A stretch of 63,377 nucleotides of DNA, the filler included, from Octopus bimaculoides (lineage: Eukaryota), in the NCBI RefSeq assembly GCF_001194135.2. It is 5 parts of 5 records of this genome, joined end to end, with 100 filler letters (N's around TTAATTAATTAA, not from the genome) between each part and the next. Parts side by side here need not be neighbours in the genome. Positions count along the whole stretch, not along the records: positions 37,300 to 41,663 come from NW_026295827.1; positions 41,764 to 61,159 come from NC_068993.1; 3 more parts are not named here. One strand, given 5' to 3'. The notes beneath the pieces were generated by a model. It searched no databases. It saw only the letters and a list, made by a program, of their open reading frames with translations, and had not been told where the DNA came from. This document shows, piece after piece, positions 40,143 to 52,160 of this stretch (position 1 is the first letter of the stretch; each line of letters starts with the position of its first letter). The position numbers and the translations under genes were made by a program.

Positions 40143-40440
40143 TTATACATGAAGAGAGAATGGAAGAAGCTAAACTGGTATAGAAGAGTGTATTGTAGAT
40201 GGAAAGAAACGATCTACTAGAATATTTATAGAACAGGACAGAAAAAATTACTAATGGCAGTGATCAATTGTAGAAAAGTACAAGAATGAAACTCCATCCA
40301 TGAGAGCACGTTGGAAAGATTGAAGAGAAACTTCTGCATGGTCAATTTTGGAAAACCACTGAAGATGTATGTGGAGCAAAAATCTGGGATTGGTTAAAAA
40401 AGAGTCAATTGATAAAAGAGGCAGAGAGTGTAATTGTTTT
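40143..40440 (+). pseudogene. R4/NeSL-like non-LTR ORF fragment (post-RT region)
   Basis: EKLLHGQFWKTTEDVCGAKIWDWLKKSQLIKEAESVI matches the LHGQF...W.WL....L..ETE motif. Confidence 0.7.
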
Positions 40441-40577
40441 GAGACAGTACCAGGCAGTGGCTCTCATGGCTTTTCATCTTAACTGACTGGAAGTGTTATC
40501 ATGTACATTGTTTTGTCTTGTTATAAAAGATGAACTACAGCAAATATTCTGCTCAATACCACGAGATTTGCTTGTCC

Positions 40578-40836
40578 CTTGCTTGACCATTCAGCGTGAC
40601 ACAGTGTGACAAGGCTGACCCTTTGAATTACAGGCACAACAGAAACAGGAAGTAAGAGTGAGAGAAAGTTGTGGTGGAAGAGTACAGCAGGGTTCGCCAC
40701 CATCCCCTGCCGGAGCCTCGTGGCGCTTTAGGTGTTTTCGCTCAATAAACACTGACAACGCCCGGTCTGGGAATCGAAGCCGCGATCCTATGACCGTGAG
40801 TCAACTGCCCTAACCACTGGGCCATTGCACCTCCAC
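40578..40836 (-). mobile_element. SINE family C (3' truncated); head abuts (AAT)n 40838-40920
   Basis: Near-identical to 35880-36134. Confidence 0.85.
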
Positions 40837-40915
<79 letters not shown>

Positions 40916-41123
40916 CATAATAAGTGGTGTCGGTTTGTTAGATTCGAACCCTTCCTTGCCGTATCGCAGCATTGTTGCTGTATCAGCTCAGCGACCAAAA
41001 AGTAATAAAAAATGGAGGACAAATGATCAAGCAGAAAACGATAGACACCAAGCATCAGCATCACTCTCAAAGACAACACCACCCTCCACAACCACCAGCA
41101 CCACCAACCAACAAAGCAGTCAC

Positions 41124-41155
<32 letters not shown>

Positions 41156-41763
41156 GTCCACAAAACTCACAAAAGTACCAATTCTTCGTCTCAGATTTCC
41201 AGAACTCAGTATAATGCTTAATGAGTGATATTTCAAATGAAATTAAATGTCACGTAGAAAAGAGCCTCGCTTTCGCTTTGGCGACAACGCCGTCAAAGCT
41301 GCATCCATCCATCTATCTACTCCCACCATCCCTCACATAACACAAATTAATTGGCATCCAGCAATTACTTGATAAAACATCATTCATTGTTCCATTCAAA
41401 ATTATTATTGTCCTCCATTTTGTCTTTTTTTTTGTTTTGTTTCTTTTTTTTTTTGGTTCTTCTTAACTATTTTGGGATTTTTATCTGGAAATTTTTTTTC
41501 GCTCCCTATGTCTGTGTGTTTGTCTCGCGTATGTATGTATGTATGTATGTATGTATGTATGTATGTATGTATGTATGTATGTATGTATGCATATATATAT
41601 ACACACACATGTATATATATATATATACGTATATATATATATATGTGTGTATATATAGATGTANNNNNNNNNNNNNNNNNNNNNNNNNNNNNNNNNNNNN
41701 NNNNNNNTTAATTAATTAANNNNNNNNNNNNNNNNNNNNNNNNNNNNNNNNNNNNNNNNNNNN

Positions 41764-42680
41764 GTGTGTGTTGTGTATTTGGTGTTTGTTTGGTGTTCGC
41801 TGTTTATATATGTATCTGTGATTGAACTTAATGTTGTAGGAAATCAGTAGCATGGTAACAGCCGTGGTAGTCCTTTGTGTAGTTGTGTGTCTCTTCACAT
41901 CTTCAATAATGGTCAGCTTAAAGTATGCGTGCGCGTTTATATGTGTGCACGCGTGTATATATATGTTGTGTGTGGTGTGTGCATGCGTCTGTGTGCGCGC
42001 GTGTGTGTGAGTGTATGTGTGTACACGCATGTGTGCGTCTATGTGTGCGTGAGTGGAGTTATGTGTGAAGTTGTGTGTGTGGTGTTATACGTGCGTTCCT
42101 CTGTGTGTGTGCATGCGTGTGCCTGGGTGTGCGTGCGTGTATGTGCATGTAGATATGTATGCGTTCATGTGCGTGTGTGTGTTCATGTGCGTGTGTATAT
42201 ATGTGTGTGGATACGTGGGTTTGTGTGTGTAATGCGTGTATATGTGTGTGTTCGCGAGTGTATGTGTGTGTCTGCGTGTGTGTATGTACGTGTGTGAGTG
42301 TATGTGTGCGTGTGTGCGTGTGTGTGTACGTGTGTGTGCGCGTGTGGGCTTGTGTGTAAGAGTGTATATGTGCTTGTGTCTACTTGCATGTGTATGTATG
42401 CATGTATGTTTGTGTTGTGTGTGTGCATGTATGTGTGCGTTTTGGTTGTGCATGTATGATTGTGTTGGGTGTGTGTGTGCTGTATGTATGGGAGGTATAT
42501 GTGATGTATATGTGATTTCATGTGTTTCTGTGTCCGCGTATGTGTGCGTGTGTGTGTATGTGCATGTGTGTATGAATGTGTGCGTTGGGTTGTGTGTGTG
42601 GAGTTATATGTGCGTTGCTGTGTGCGTGTATGTATGAGTATGTTTGTATATATACGCGTGTGTGTGTATGTGTGTGTATG
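41764..42680. repeat. Long degenerate (TG)n/(TA)n/(CG) compound low-complexity tract
   Basis: Direct reading; explains His/Thr- and Cys/Val-rich ORFs. Confidence 0.9.
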
Positions 42681-43089
42681 CAGAAATAAAATAAAATATG
42701 ATAAAATAAGATCAATAAAGAAGAGGAAAAGGGGAAGGATGCAAGATGAAAAATTAAATTAATGAATAAATATGATGAATGTAAGATACAAAAAATAACA
42801 CATACAAAATAAAAAATATAAAAAAATAAGAAAATAAGAAAATAAAAAAAATAAACTAATGGGATAAAATAGAAATTAATACAATTAGAAGAAATATAGT
42901 AAACATTAATACAATTAAACAATTTTAAAAATTCGACGGGAAAAAAGATGAAAAATATTGAAAAAAAGGTAACATTGTAAAAAAGTAAGTGGATATAAGA
43001 GAGGATAAAATAAGATAAAATAAATTAAAAGCTGCTTTTTTAAGGAGGGTGTAGAGACAGTCGTTAAGAGGAGTGTGTTGTGTTGAGTC

Positions 43090-43410
43090 CGAAATGAGTT
43101 TGTGTCTGTAGACTGAAATTGTAACGCTGTTCCAAGCGGAGTCGGGAGTGTATGGCTCTGTGGTGCAGGACAATGCCAAAAATGGAGATATTAGAGGTAC
43201 AAATGACGGGCGACGGGGGTGTTCGTACGTAGCTGAACATCTCGTAGATGTTCGGTAATCCGGTCTGACCAACGTAGAGTTTATTGCAGAGATTACATCT
43301 AATGCAATAGATAAGACTTGAAGAGGTGCAGAAGGAGTCTCTAATGTGGAGGGTGTGCTGGTTGGATCCAGTGATGGAGGTGGTGTTGGTGATGAAAGGG
43401 CAGGTGTGGT
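43090..43410 (-). pseudogene. Penelope-like GIY-YIG endonuclease C-terminal fragment
   Basis: In a frame not in the ORF track: [49 protein letters not shown] / RDVQLRTNTPVARH / RLRLEQRY...GLN; frameshifted. Confidence 0.85.
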
Positions 43411-43570
43411 CATATATATATTATATATATATCACCAGTTGAACATATATATATATATATATATATATATTGCATACATACATACATACATACATACATA
43501 CATGCATGCATACATACATACATACATACATGCATGCATGCATACATACATACATACATACATACATACA

Positions 43571-43633
<63 letters not shown>

Positions 43634-44557
43634 TTTGATGAAACTGTCTTTAATCAATGTAGTTTGGACAACTAGAGACTTCACTGTCAGCTTCGAATTT
43701 ATTGTGTGAGTACGTGTGTATGTACGTATGTTTGTTTGTGAGTGTGTGTGTCTGTCTGTCTGTGTCAATGTGTGTGCCTGTTTTTACAAGATTTTTAATA
43801 TATACTTAAAGGTTCCTTGCACTCAGACTTCATACTGAGACTTCTGAGGCTGTAATTTTGTATATGTACAGGCATACAAAAATTAGTGGATTAATAATCT
43901 AAGCATATGTTTTATATTCAACTGTTGTTTATTCTCTATGACCTAGAGGCAATATCTAAATCACTGGAAATGTTCATATAGTAACCTATCTTTTTTTCCT
44001 GGGTAGAAATTGATACTTTCTGATTTTTCTAGTTCTCTGCATTTTTTATATTTTTCTTTACTCTCATTATAATAAGTGATGAAAATAATCTGTACACGAT
44101 AATTATTCATAAGGGATTGCTGCACTGTAATTTGGTCTGCTATAAAAGATGATTTTCTCAGTAAAGTATTCTAAGACTTCAATCTAAGTCACAACCACCA
44201 CACTCTCATACATCATATTCTTCTTTTCTTCTTTTCTTCTAACACACACTTCCCTCTCCCCCTCTTTTTCTATCAAATATTCACTTAAATTTCCTCTCTC
44301 GGCTTCTTTCTTTCTCTCCTTTTTTTTGTTTCTCTCTCTCTTCTCCAAGTTGTAAGACAAATTCAGTCCTCATATAATACACCTGATTCAGACTAGAATA
44401 AACCAGATGAAACAGCATCAGTTGAGAGTATTGAATATTTGAAGAATTATATTTCAAATACTTCTGAAGTGACATAAAACGATAGGAATACTAAATAAAA
44501 CAAAAACAAATAAAAGGTAAAATATAAAAAGCACATAAGAAGAAGAAAAAGAAGAAA

Positions 44558-44559
<2 letters not shown>

Positions 44560-44645
<86 letters not shown>

Positions 44646-44792
44646 AAGAAGAAGAAGAAGAAGAAGAAGAAGAAGAAGAAGAAGAAGAAGGTGGCATCAA
44701 GTCAAAGTAGATACTCAAAAAGGAACTTCTCATTATCACAGAGGAAAGAAAGTAATTAGTAAGACACTGTGCAACATATAATTTTTGCAGTG

Positions 44793-44853
<61 letters not shown>
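44560..44853. repeat. (AAT)n(GAA)n and (TAG)n microsatellites
   Basis: Direct reading. Confidence 0.95.
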
Positions 44854-45601
44854 AATACCGAGAAATCTGAGAAGCAGCAGTAGTTCTAAAATCTCTGCTG
44901 TAATAATCACTCTTACCAACACTATCTTGTCATTATATATATANNNNNNNNNNNNNNNNNNNNNNNNNNNNNNNNNNNNNNNNNNNNNNNNNNNNNNNNN
45001 NNNNNNNNNNNNNNNNNNNNNNNNNNNNNNNNNNNNNNNNNNNNNNNNNNNNNNNNNNNNNNNNNNNNNNNNNNNNNNNNNNNNNNNNNNNNNNNNNNNN
45101 NNNNNNNNNNNNNNNNNNNNNNNNNNNNNNNNNNNNNNNNNNNNNNNNNNNNNNNNNNNNNNNNNNNNNNNNNNNNNNNNNNNNNNNNNNNNNNNNNNNN
45201 NNNNNNNNNNNNNNNNNNNNNNNNNNNNNNNNNNNNNNNNNNNNNNNNNNNNNNNNNNNNNNNNNNNNNNNNNNNNNNNNNNNNNNNNNNNNNNNNNNNN
45301 NNNNNNNNNNNNNNNNNNNNNNNNNNNNNNNNNNNNNNNNNNNNNNNNNNNNNNNNNNNNNNNNNNNNNNNNNNNNNNNNNNNNNNNNNNNNNNNNNNNN
45401 NNNNNNNNNNNNNNNNNNNNNNNNNNNNNNNNNNNNNNNNNNNNNNNNNNNNNNNNNNNNNNNNNNNNNNNNNNNNNNNNNNNNNNNNNNNNNNNNNNNN
45501 NNNNNNNNNNNNNNNNNNNNNNNNNNNNNNNNNNNNNNNNNNNNNNNNNNNNNNNNNNNNNNNNNNNNNNNNNNNNNNNNNNNNNNNNNNNNNNNNNNNN
45601 N

Positions 45602-45648
<47 letters not shown>

Positions 45649-45769
45649 TATGACTCCAGTAAACGGAAACAGATCAGCTTTAATTTCAACTCTTAAATGA
45701 CTTTAGATTGAACTTCAGATTGACCAACCTGAAAATTTCGATTTGCGTCGTGCTGACGATTTCATCAAG

Positions 45770-48510
45770 AGAAGCACTCAAATTCACTTTATTACCAAAA
45801 TGTGTAAATGACTTCACATAGTTTAGGTATTTCCCATAATCCTGTATAAGAGTGTCAGGAAAATTGTGAACCGGTGTTCTATGTTTTGCACCTCGAATTT
45901 GTTTAGGAGTAGTGCAAGGTTGGTGGATTACTTCCGTCTTCTTTATACTGATGGTCAAACCAAAGGATTTACATGCAGCAGAAACCCAGTCTAGAACTTC
46001 CTGAGCCTCTTCTAAGGAGGTCGCTACTAGTGCAACATCATCTGGAAAATGTAGATCACGAATGAGACTGGTGCGTACCAGTGTTGTAGCTTTGAAACGC
46101 TGATGATTGAATAGTCCACCATTTGTTCGAAACTGGAATTTGACACCAATTTGTATGTCACCAGAAGCATCTTTCAGTATCACTGAAAAGAAGAGTGCAA
46201 ACACAATAGGGGACATAACACAACCTTGCTTTGTGCCGTTTGTAATGTCGAAAGGAAGCCGAAGATAGCCCACCGGACACGATAGCAACTTTCATTCCCT
46301 CATGAAAGGAGGTGATAACATTCAACATCTTGTCAGGTATACCACGCTTTTTCAGAACTTTTCATAGTGCTTGCCGGTTAACAGTGTGGAAGGCCTTAGT
46401 AAGGTCAACGAATACTACGAACAACTCTTCATTTTTCTCACTACCTTTTCCATGACCTGTCGGAGGGAAAAGATCGTGTCGATAGTGCCACGATCAGAGT
46501 GAAATCCGCACTGTGATTCATTTACAACGTGTGTGATGATCCTATCAAGAATGAGTCAAGCAATAGACAGAAGTAATATTCCACGATAATTATCAGACAC
46601 TTCTGTTTCCTTTATTTTTATAAAGATGTTGAATTGAGGTATCCTTGAAGTCCTGTGGTACACCGCTTACCATCCAGAGATTTATGAAGAGGTCAGTCAA
46701 TTTCATAAAACGCTTCTGCCCACCATGTTTGTAAATTTCAGGAGAGATAGCATCCCTGCCAGGTGCTTTACCAGATGAGATCTGTTTAATAGAGTTTACC
46801 CCTTCCAAGTAGGTTGGCTCCAGAGACAGTTCCGGTATTTCAGTGTGCTGTGGAACAGACATTATAACGTCAACATTAGTGACCGAGATGGAGTTCAACA
46901 CGGCTTCAAAGTGATCCTACTATTCTTTCAGGATGTCAGATTTGTCAGTCAGCAGTGTCACTCTATTCGATGAAAAAATAGGAGTAACACCGTGCTCTTG
47001 AGGACGATACACTTTCTTGAGGCCATGATAAAAGGCTTTAGAATCCTTTCTGTCTGCAGCTTCTTGGAGTTCAGTAGCTTTGAAAGACCACCAAGTCCCC
47101 TTCATCTGTCTCAGAGCATGTTGGGCCTGGCCTCTACATTTCTTCTAGGCATTCTCTTTCCTGGATGAGCTCTTATCATTTATCCATCTTTTGTGAGACC
47201 TGTGCATTTTATCTATCAACAGTTGGACATCTGTGTAGTTATCGTTGAACCAATCTTGCTGTTTACGAACAGGAAGCCCAAGAACCTCTACAGATGCAGA
47301 GTGCGTTGCATCACGCAGGGCCTTTCTAATGACTCTATGTCATCATTGATATCAACAGTGATGAGTGCAGTGTCCAAATTGATAGACAACCCAGCCTGTT
47401 TTTGAACAGTTTTCAAAGGCAGAACATTAATGTGCTTATGCACTAATAACTTTTGTAGTATTGTTTGTTTCAGATGGAACGTAGCTTTACTACAGAGAAG
47501 AAAAATGTCAGAGAGATAGCAGGTGTTACGAAAGTCCCTAATATCTCGTTTCTTAGTGATAACATAGACTATGAGATGCCAATCCTTAGATCCAGGATGC
47601 CTCCAGATTGTCTTGCAACAATTTCACTGTTGAAAAAAAGGCATTTCTGATGCTTAGACTGTATTCCCTGCAGATGGAGAGCACACGCAGACCCTTGGAG
47701 TTCATTCGAGATACGCCATGGAGACCAAGTACCCTCTGATGCCTGATAGTCAGTGTCAACACGAGCGTGAAGTCGCTCATAAAGATAAGTTTATCCCTAT
47801 GGTGACAACTGGAGATGACATCACGGAGTTGGTTGTAAAATTCATCCTTTTTCCTGCTCAGTGCTAACCAGAGAGCAGCAGCGGATTGACAAGCTTAAGG
47901 TGAATAAGCAACGTTTGGTGCTCCTATTCTCGCCCCTCTTCCTGTTGGGAAAGCAGTGTTGTGTTTAAATAGACCCGCTTTGTCACCACTGGAGGACACG
48001 GTCAGCACAGTTACTTGCAAGTTCTGTGCTGGAACGGCCATCATCCAATGGTTGCGACTGTGTAGAGTTCCAGCAAGATTCCTCCAGTAACTTTCTTTAC
48101 CTGTCTTCACCGCTTTGACTCCCTCGCCAGAGGACTCTTTGATTTTTTTCAAGTTGAAGCTGCGCCGTATTGAATGAATAAATGTAATTTGTCAGAAAAC
48201 CTACACGTATGATTTGATTTGAGTGTTGAAGGCCTGTGTAGAACCAGCCACACTTTTTGGAAGTGATGATAGCAAGTGCCCCAATACCAAGAACAACACA
48301 CCTCAAGCTTTTACTTCAGAAGTTTCCATCTCCTGGATGAGCCGCTATAAACAAGCTGGAGAGCCTAGTCTACAGTATGAGTCAGAGTTTTCTGAGAGTA
48401 CAGCCTTGTTAAGGAGACCCTCAGCAACAGAAGATCTGATTTTATATCGGAGTTACCCTATCCTAGATGGGATGTCTTCAGCATGGTTAGAGAGCTTCAT
48501 CTGCCCCCTA
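45770..48510 (-). mobile_element. Decayed RTE/BovB-type LINE (APE endonuclease + reverse transcriptase), 3' end missing
   Basis: APE: KKDEFYNQLRDVIS...KLIFMSDF.ARV...MNSKG...WRHPGSKDWHL; linker WWSFKATELQEAADRKDSKAFYHGLKKVY; SGKAPGRDAISPEIYKHGG; RT: GTKQGCVMSPIVF...FRTNGGLFN.QRFKA...DLHFPDD.AL...FGLTISIKKTEV; many stops and frameshifts. Confidence 0.93.
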
Positions 48511-48813
48511 ATATATGGAATTAAATATATCAGTAATATGTATATATATATATATATATATGTGTATATATATATTATATATATACATATATNNNNNNNN
48601 NNNNNNNNNNNNNNNNNNNNNNNNNNNNNNNNNNNNNNNNNNNNNNNNNNNNNNNNNNNNNNNNNNNNNNNNNNNNNNNNNNNNNNNNNNNNNNNNNNNN
48701 NNNNNNNNNNNNNNNNNNNNNNNNNNNNNNNNNNNNNNNNNNNNNNNNNNNNNNNNNNNNNNNNNNNNNNNNNNNNNNNNNNNNNNNNNNNNNNNNNNNN
48801 NNNNNNNNNNNNN

Positions 48814-48848
<35 letters not shown>

Positions 48849-49161
48849 GGATGGCCGTTGACTACTCATGAATTCCTACGCCCTTTATGACAGGCTTTAT
48901 TTTTCCTCCTGCAGGGTATCCAACTATCTGTCAACCCCACCAAGGTTGCCAGTTTAGTCACTGACGAAACGACTATGTAACATGTACTGGGTTATATATT
49001 ACCAGAAGCAAACAAGAGCATCTAATAACACTCGAGAGGGACATTACTTTTTTATTAAGGGTGGAGGTGCCTAAGGAGACATACAGTAAGAGGCATCTCA
49101 AACAAGCAGTTTGGTTGATTAGGTCGGGGTTAGGGTAGGTGGGTGGGAGTAGTTACGTGAA

Positions 49162-49480
49162 AAATGTGAGCAAGCTGGAAGATATAGTTCTCTAGATAAT
49201 GAATTAAAAAAAGAGAAAAAAGACAAGATGACCACATTAGTCTGAAAAAGATATAGGTATGTATGCGTACAGTAATAAGTTCTTAGAAAGAATTAGTCTA
49301 GCGAAAGAAAAAGTACAACTTACGTTTAAAAAGATGCTAAATCCGACAGGGCAACGATAGAGTTGGAGAAGGAGGAAGATAGAGAAAGCGAGAGGGAGGG
49401 ATGGAGGAAAATAAAGATATCTAGACAGTGATTTATGAACCAGCAGGCTGGAAGATACAGGGACATGGAGAGAGAGACTG

Positions 49481-49552
<72 letters not shown>

Positions 49553-50132
49553 GTGAGCAAGTCGGAAGATATAGTTCTCTCGGAAATAATTAAAGAAAAA
49601 CAGAAAAGATAGCATATTGTTTTTTCAGAGAGATGACCACACTAATCTGCAAAAGATATAGGTAGGTATGCGTATAGTAATACGCTGCTATGTTAGAAAG
49701 AATTAGTGTAGCGAAGGGAAAAGGAGAAGCTTACATTTGAAAAGTTACAAAGTCCGACAGGACAACGACAGAGAGTTCGAGAAGGAGAAAAATTGAGAAA
49801 GCGAGGAGGGACCGAGGAGCATAAAGATATCTAGACAGTGACTTACGAACCAGCAAGCTCCAACACATGGGGAGAGGGAGAATGAGAAGGATAGAGAAAC
49901 GTTAGTAAGCTGGAAGATATTGTTCTGTAGGTAATTAATTAAAGACAAAGAGAAAAATAGCATGTCTTCTTTTTCAGAGAGATGACCACACTAGTTTGCA
50001 AAAAGTACAGGCATGCATGCGTATACGCTGCTATGTTAGAAAGAATTAGCCTAGCGAAGGGAAAAGGATAAGCTTACACTTGAAAAGTTTCAAAGTCCGA
50101 CAGGACAATAGAGAGTCGGAGAAGGAGAAAGC
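49162..50132 (+). repeat. Diverged tandem repeat, ~2.7 units of ~350-390 bp
   Basis: Unit starts aa(a/c)gtgagcaagctggaagatatag at ~49162, 49549, 49897; shared gatgaccacac, ttagaaagaattag, agtccgacaggac, aaagatatctagacagtga. Confidence 0.85.
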
Positions 50133-50433
50133 TATCACACGAGGAGATGTTGAAAAATCGGGTATAGCTGATAATGTATGGAAAAACGTAGACCCCTTCC
50201 CCTGTGGGATAAAATTTAAAATAATAGACAGAGTACACCACTGGAAAACACGAAAACTAAAAGTGGCAGCACATATGCTGAGACACACTAACCTCCTAAG
50301 CAGACCTAGTGTAGATATGAATAGAATATGGGAACCGGTATTAAGGAAAGATACAAAAATAAGCCCTAAAATTCACTCAATAATTGCCCACGGGCATATA
50401 CCATAATGTTTAAGAGCGAGGGCTACTAACCCC
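50133..50433 (+). pseudogene. Penelope-like GIY-YIG ORF C-terminus followed directly by a tRNA-like head remnant
   Basis: AITRGDVEKSGIADNVWK...KIIDRVHHWKTRKLK.AAHML....LLSRPSVDMNRIWEP; then gcccacgggcatat....taatgtttaagagcgagggctactaacccc. Confidence 0.8.
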
Positions 50434-50679
50434 TCTTTTCCCCACTGTTAAGGAAAAATTAATCAACCTTAATTTCAAATTTTAAATGACTTTAGATTTA
50501 GTAACTTGAAAATCTCGAGTTGTGTCGTACTGATGAGTCTCAAATAAAATGAAATGGAACCATGAATGACTACTCCATTTTCAAAAAAAAAAAAAATCAC
50601 TCTCCAATAAGAATTTACAATACGAAACAACGTAAACAGGCTTAGAAGCGATTCTCTCCTTTTAAGCACACATACATGC

Positions 50680-50741
<62 letters not shown>

Positions 50742-51087
50742 CATCACTGCCAAGCCTTCAGTGAAGGAACACGTGTATATTTTCTCTAATATTTGCGTTT
50801 TTTAAGACGAAATTTTGGTTTGTGGGATATTTCTTTGCTATTTCTAGGAGATCGAGTCACCATTTAAAAACTATGTTATTTTAGGTTTTGGTGAGGGTTG
50901 TCTTGTGATTGTTGTGTATAGAAACGGAGAGGGTAGGAGAGTTCAATAATATTATGCAAACCTTATATATTTAATATATAAAATAAGATAAATAAAAAAC
51001 ACTTCAAGAGATCCAAGATGATATTTACACAGTTATCAAATATTATATTAGAAAACCCTAATAATATTTAGGAATCATATTACTATA

Positions 51088-51294
51088 TCATATCACTATA
51101 TCATTATAGAAATGGTTGATTACCATTCCTTCAGTACAAATTCCAAATGGAATGGCAGAAACATTTTTAATGCCTAGAATATAGTTTAATTCAGCAGCAA
51201 CTTCTATGACGTATTTGTTTGATTTTTTAGTTCGGTTCTGCACAACATGATATTTAATTGTTGCCGCTATATCAATAATACATTTGTGAGGCAA
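51088..51294 (-). pseudogene. Old restriction-like-endonuclease C-terminal fragment of an R2/NeSL-type non-LTR element
   Basis: CIIDIAA.......RTKKSNKY......L....VSAIPFGICTEG resembles IIDV...K..KY..L...V.PF.IG..G. Confidence 0.5.
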
Positions 51295-51771
51295 AGTTAT
51301 TTATAGGCTTATTAAGTGCACGCATAGGTTCTGGATTTGTGGTCTATTCATATTGAGATTTTTTTTAATCTAAAATAGTTGGAAATTCGGATGATTTGAC
51401 AAACATTTTGTATTGAAAATTTTAAACTGGCGATCTACCGTGAATTCGGCGGTAATTTTCTCTCATTTTCATCGTAGAATTATGTGAACATTTAATTATT
51501 TAATTAAAATTGTTCACTTTAATGATTCGGACATTTTAACTAGTTTATTGAAATTGTACAAGGAAAACCAGCACTGATTTACATCATTCTAATGATCTTG
51601 ATATTGAATATTAATCTTAATACTGACGATAAATTAGCAGATCAGAATTTCAGCTCCAAACTATTTGAAAGCATTTTTAATTTGCTTGCGTCATTAAAAA
51701 TTTAATATCTGATACGCAAATTAGGCACTCCATTGCTTATTTCTACTTGGTTTTATAAAAGTTCACCAAAC

Positions 51772-52160
51772 GGTGCAGGTGTGGCTGTGTGGTAAGAAAC
51801 TTGCTTTTCAACCACATGGTTCTGGGTTCAGTCAAACTGCGTAGCAACTTGAGCATGTGTTTTCTGGTATAACCTTGGTGGATTTGGTAGACGGAAACTG
51901 AAAAATGCCCGTCGTATATATACATATATAAAGAGAGAAGGTGTGTGTCTGATTGTCTGTGTTTATTCCCATCACCAATTAACAACCTGTGTTGGTGTGT
52001 TTACGTTCCCGAAACTTAACGGTTTGGTAAAAGAGAGTGATAGAATAAGTACCAGGCTTGAAAAAAAAAAGGTATTGGGGTCTATTTATTCGACTAAAAT
52101 TCATCAAAGCGGTGCCCCAGCATGGCCGCAGTTAAATGAATGAAACAAGTAAAAGAATAT
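51772..52160 (+). mobile_element. SINE family A, near full length
   Basis: ggtgcaggtgtggctgtgtggtaagaaacttgc...gcggtgccccagcatggccgcag...gaaacaagtaaaagaa. Confidence 0.85.
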
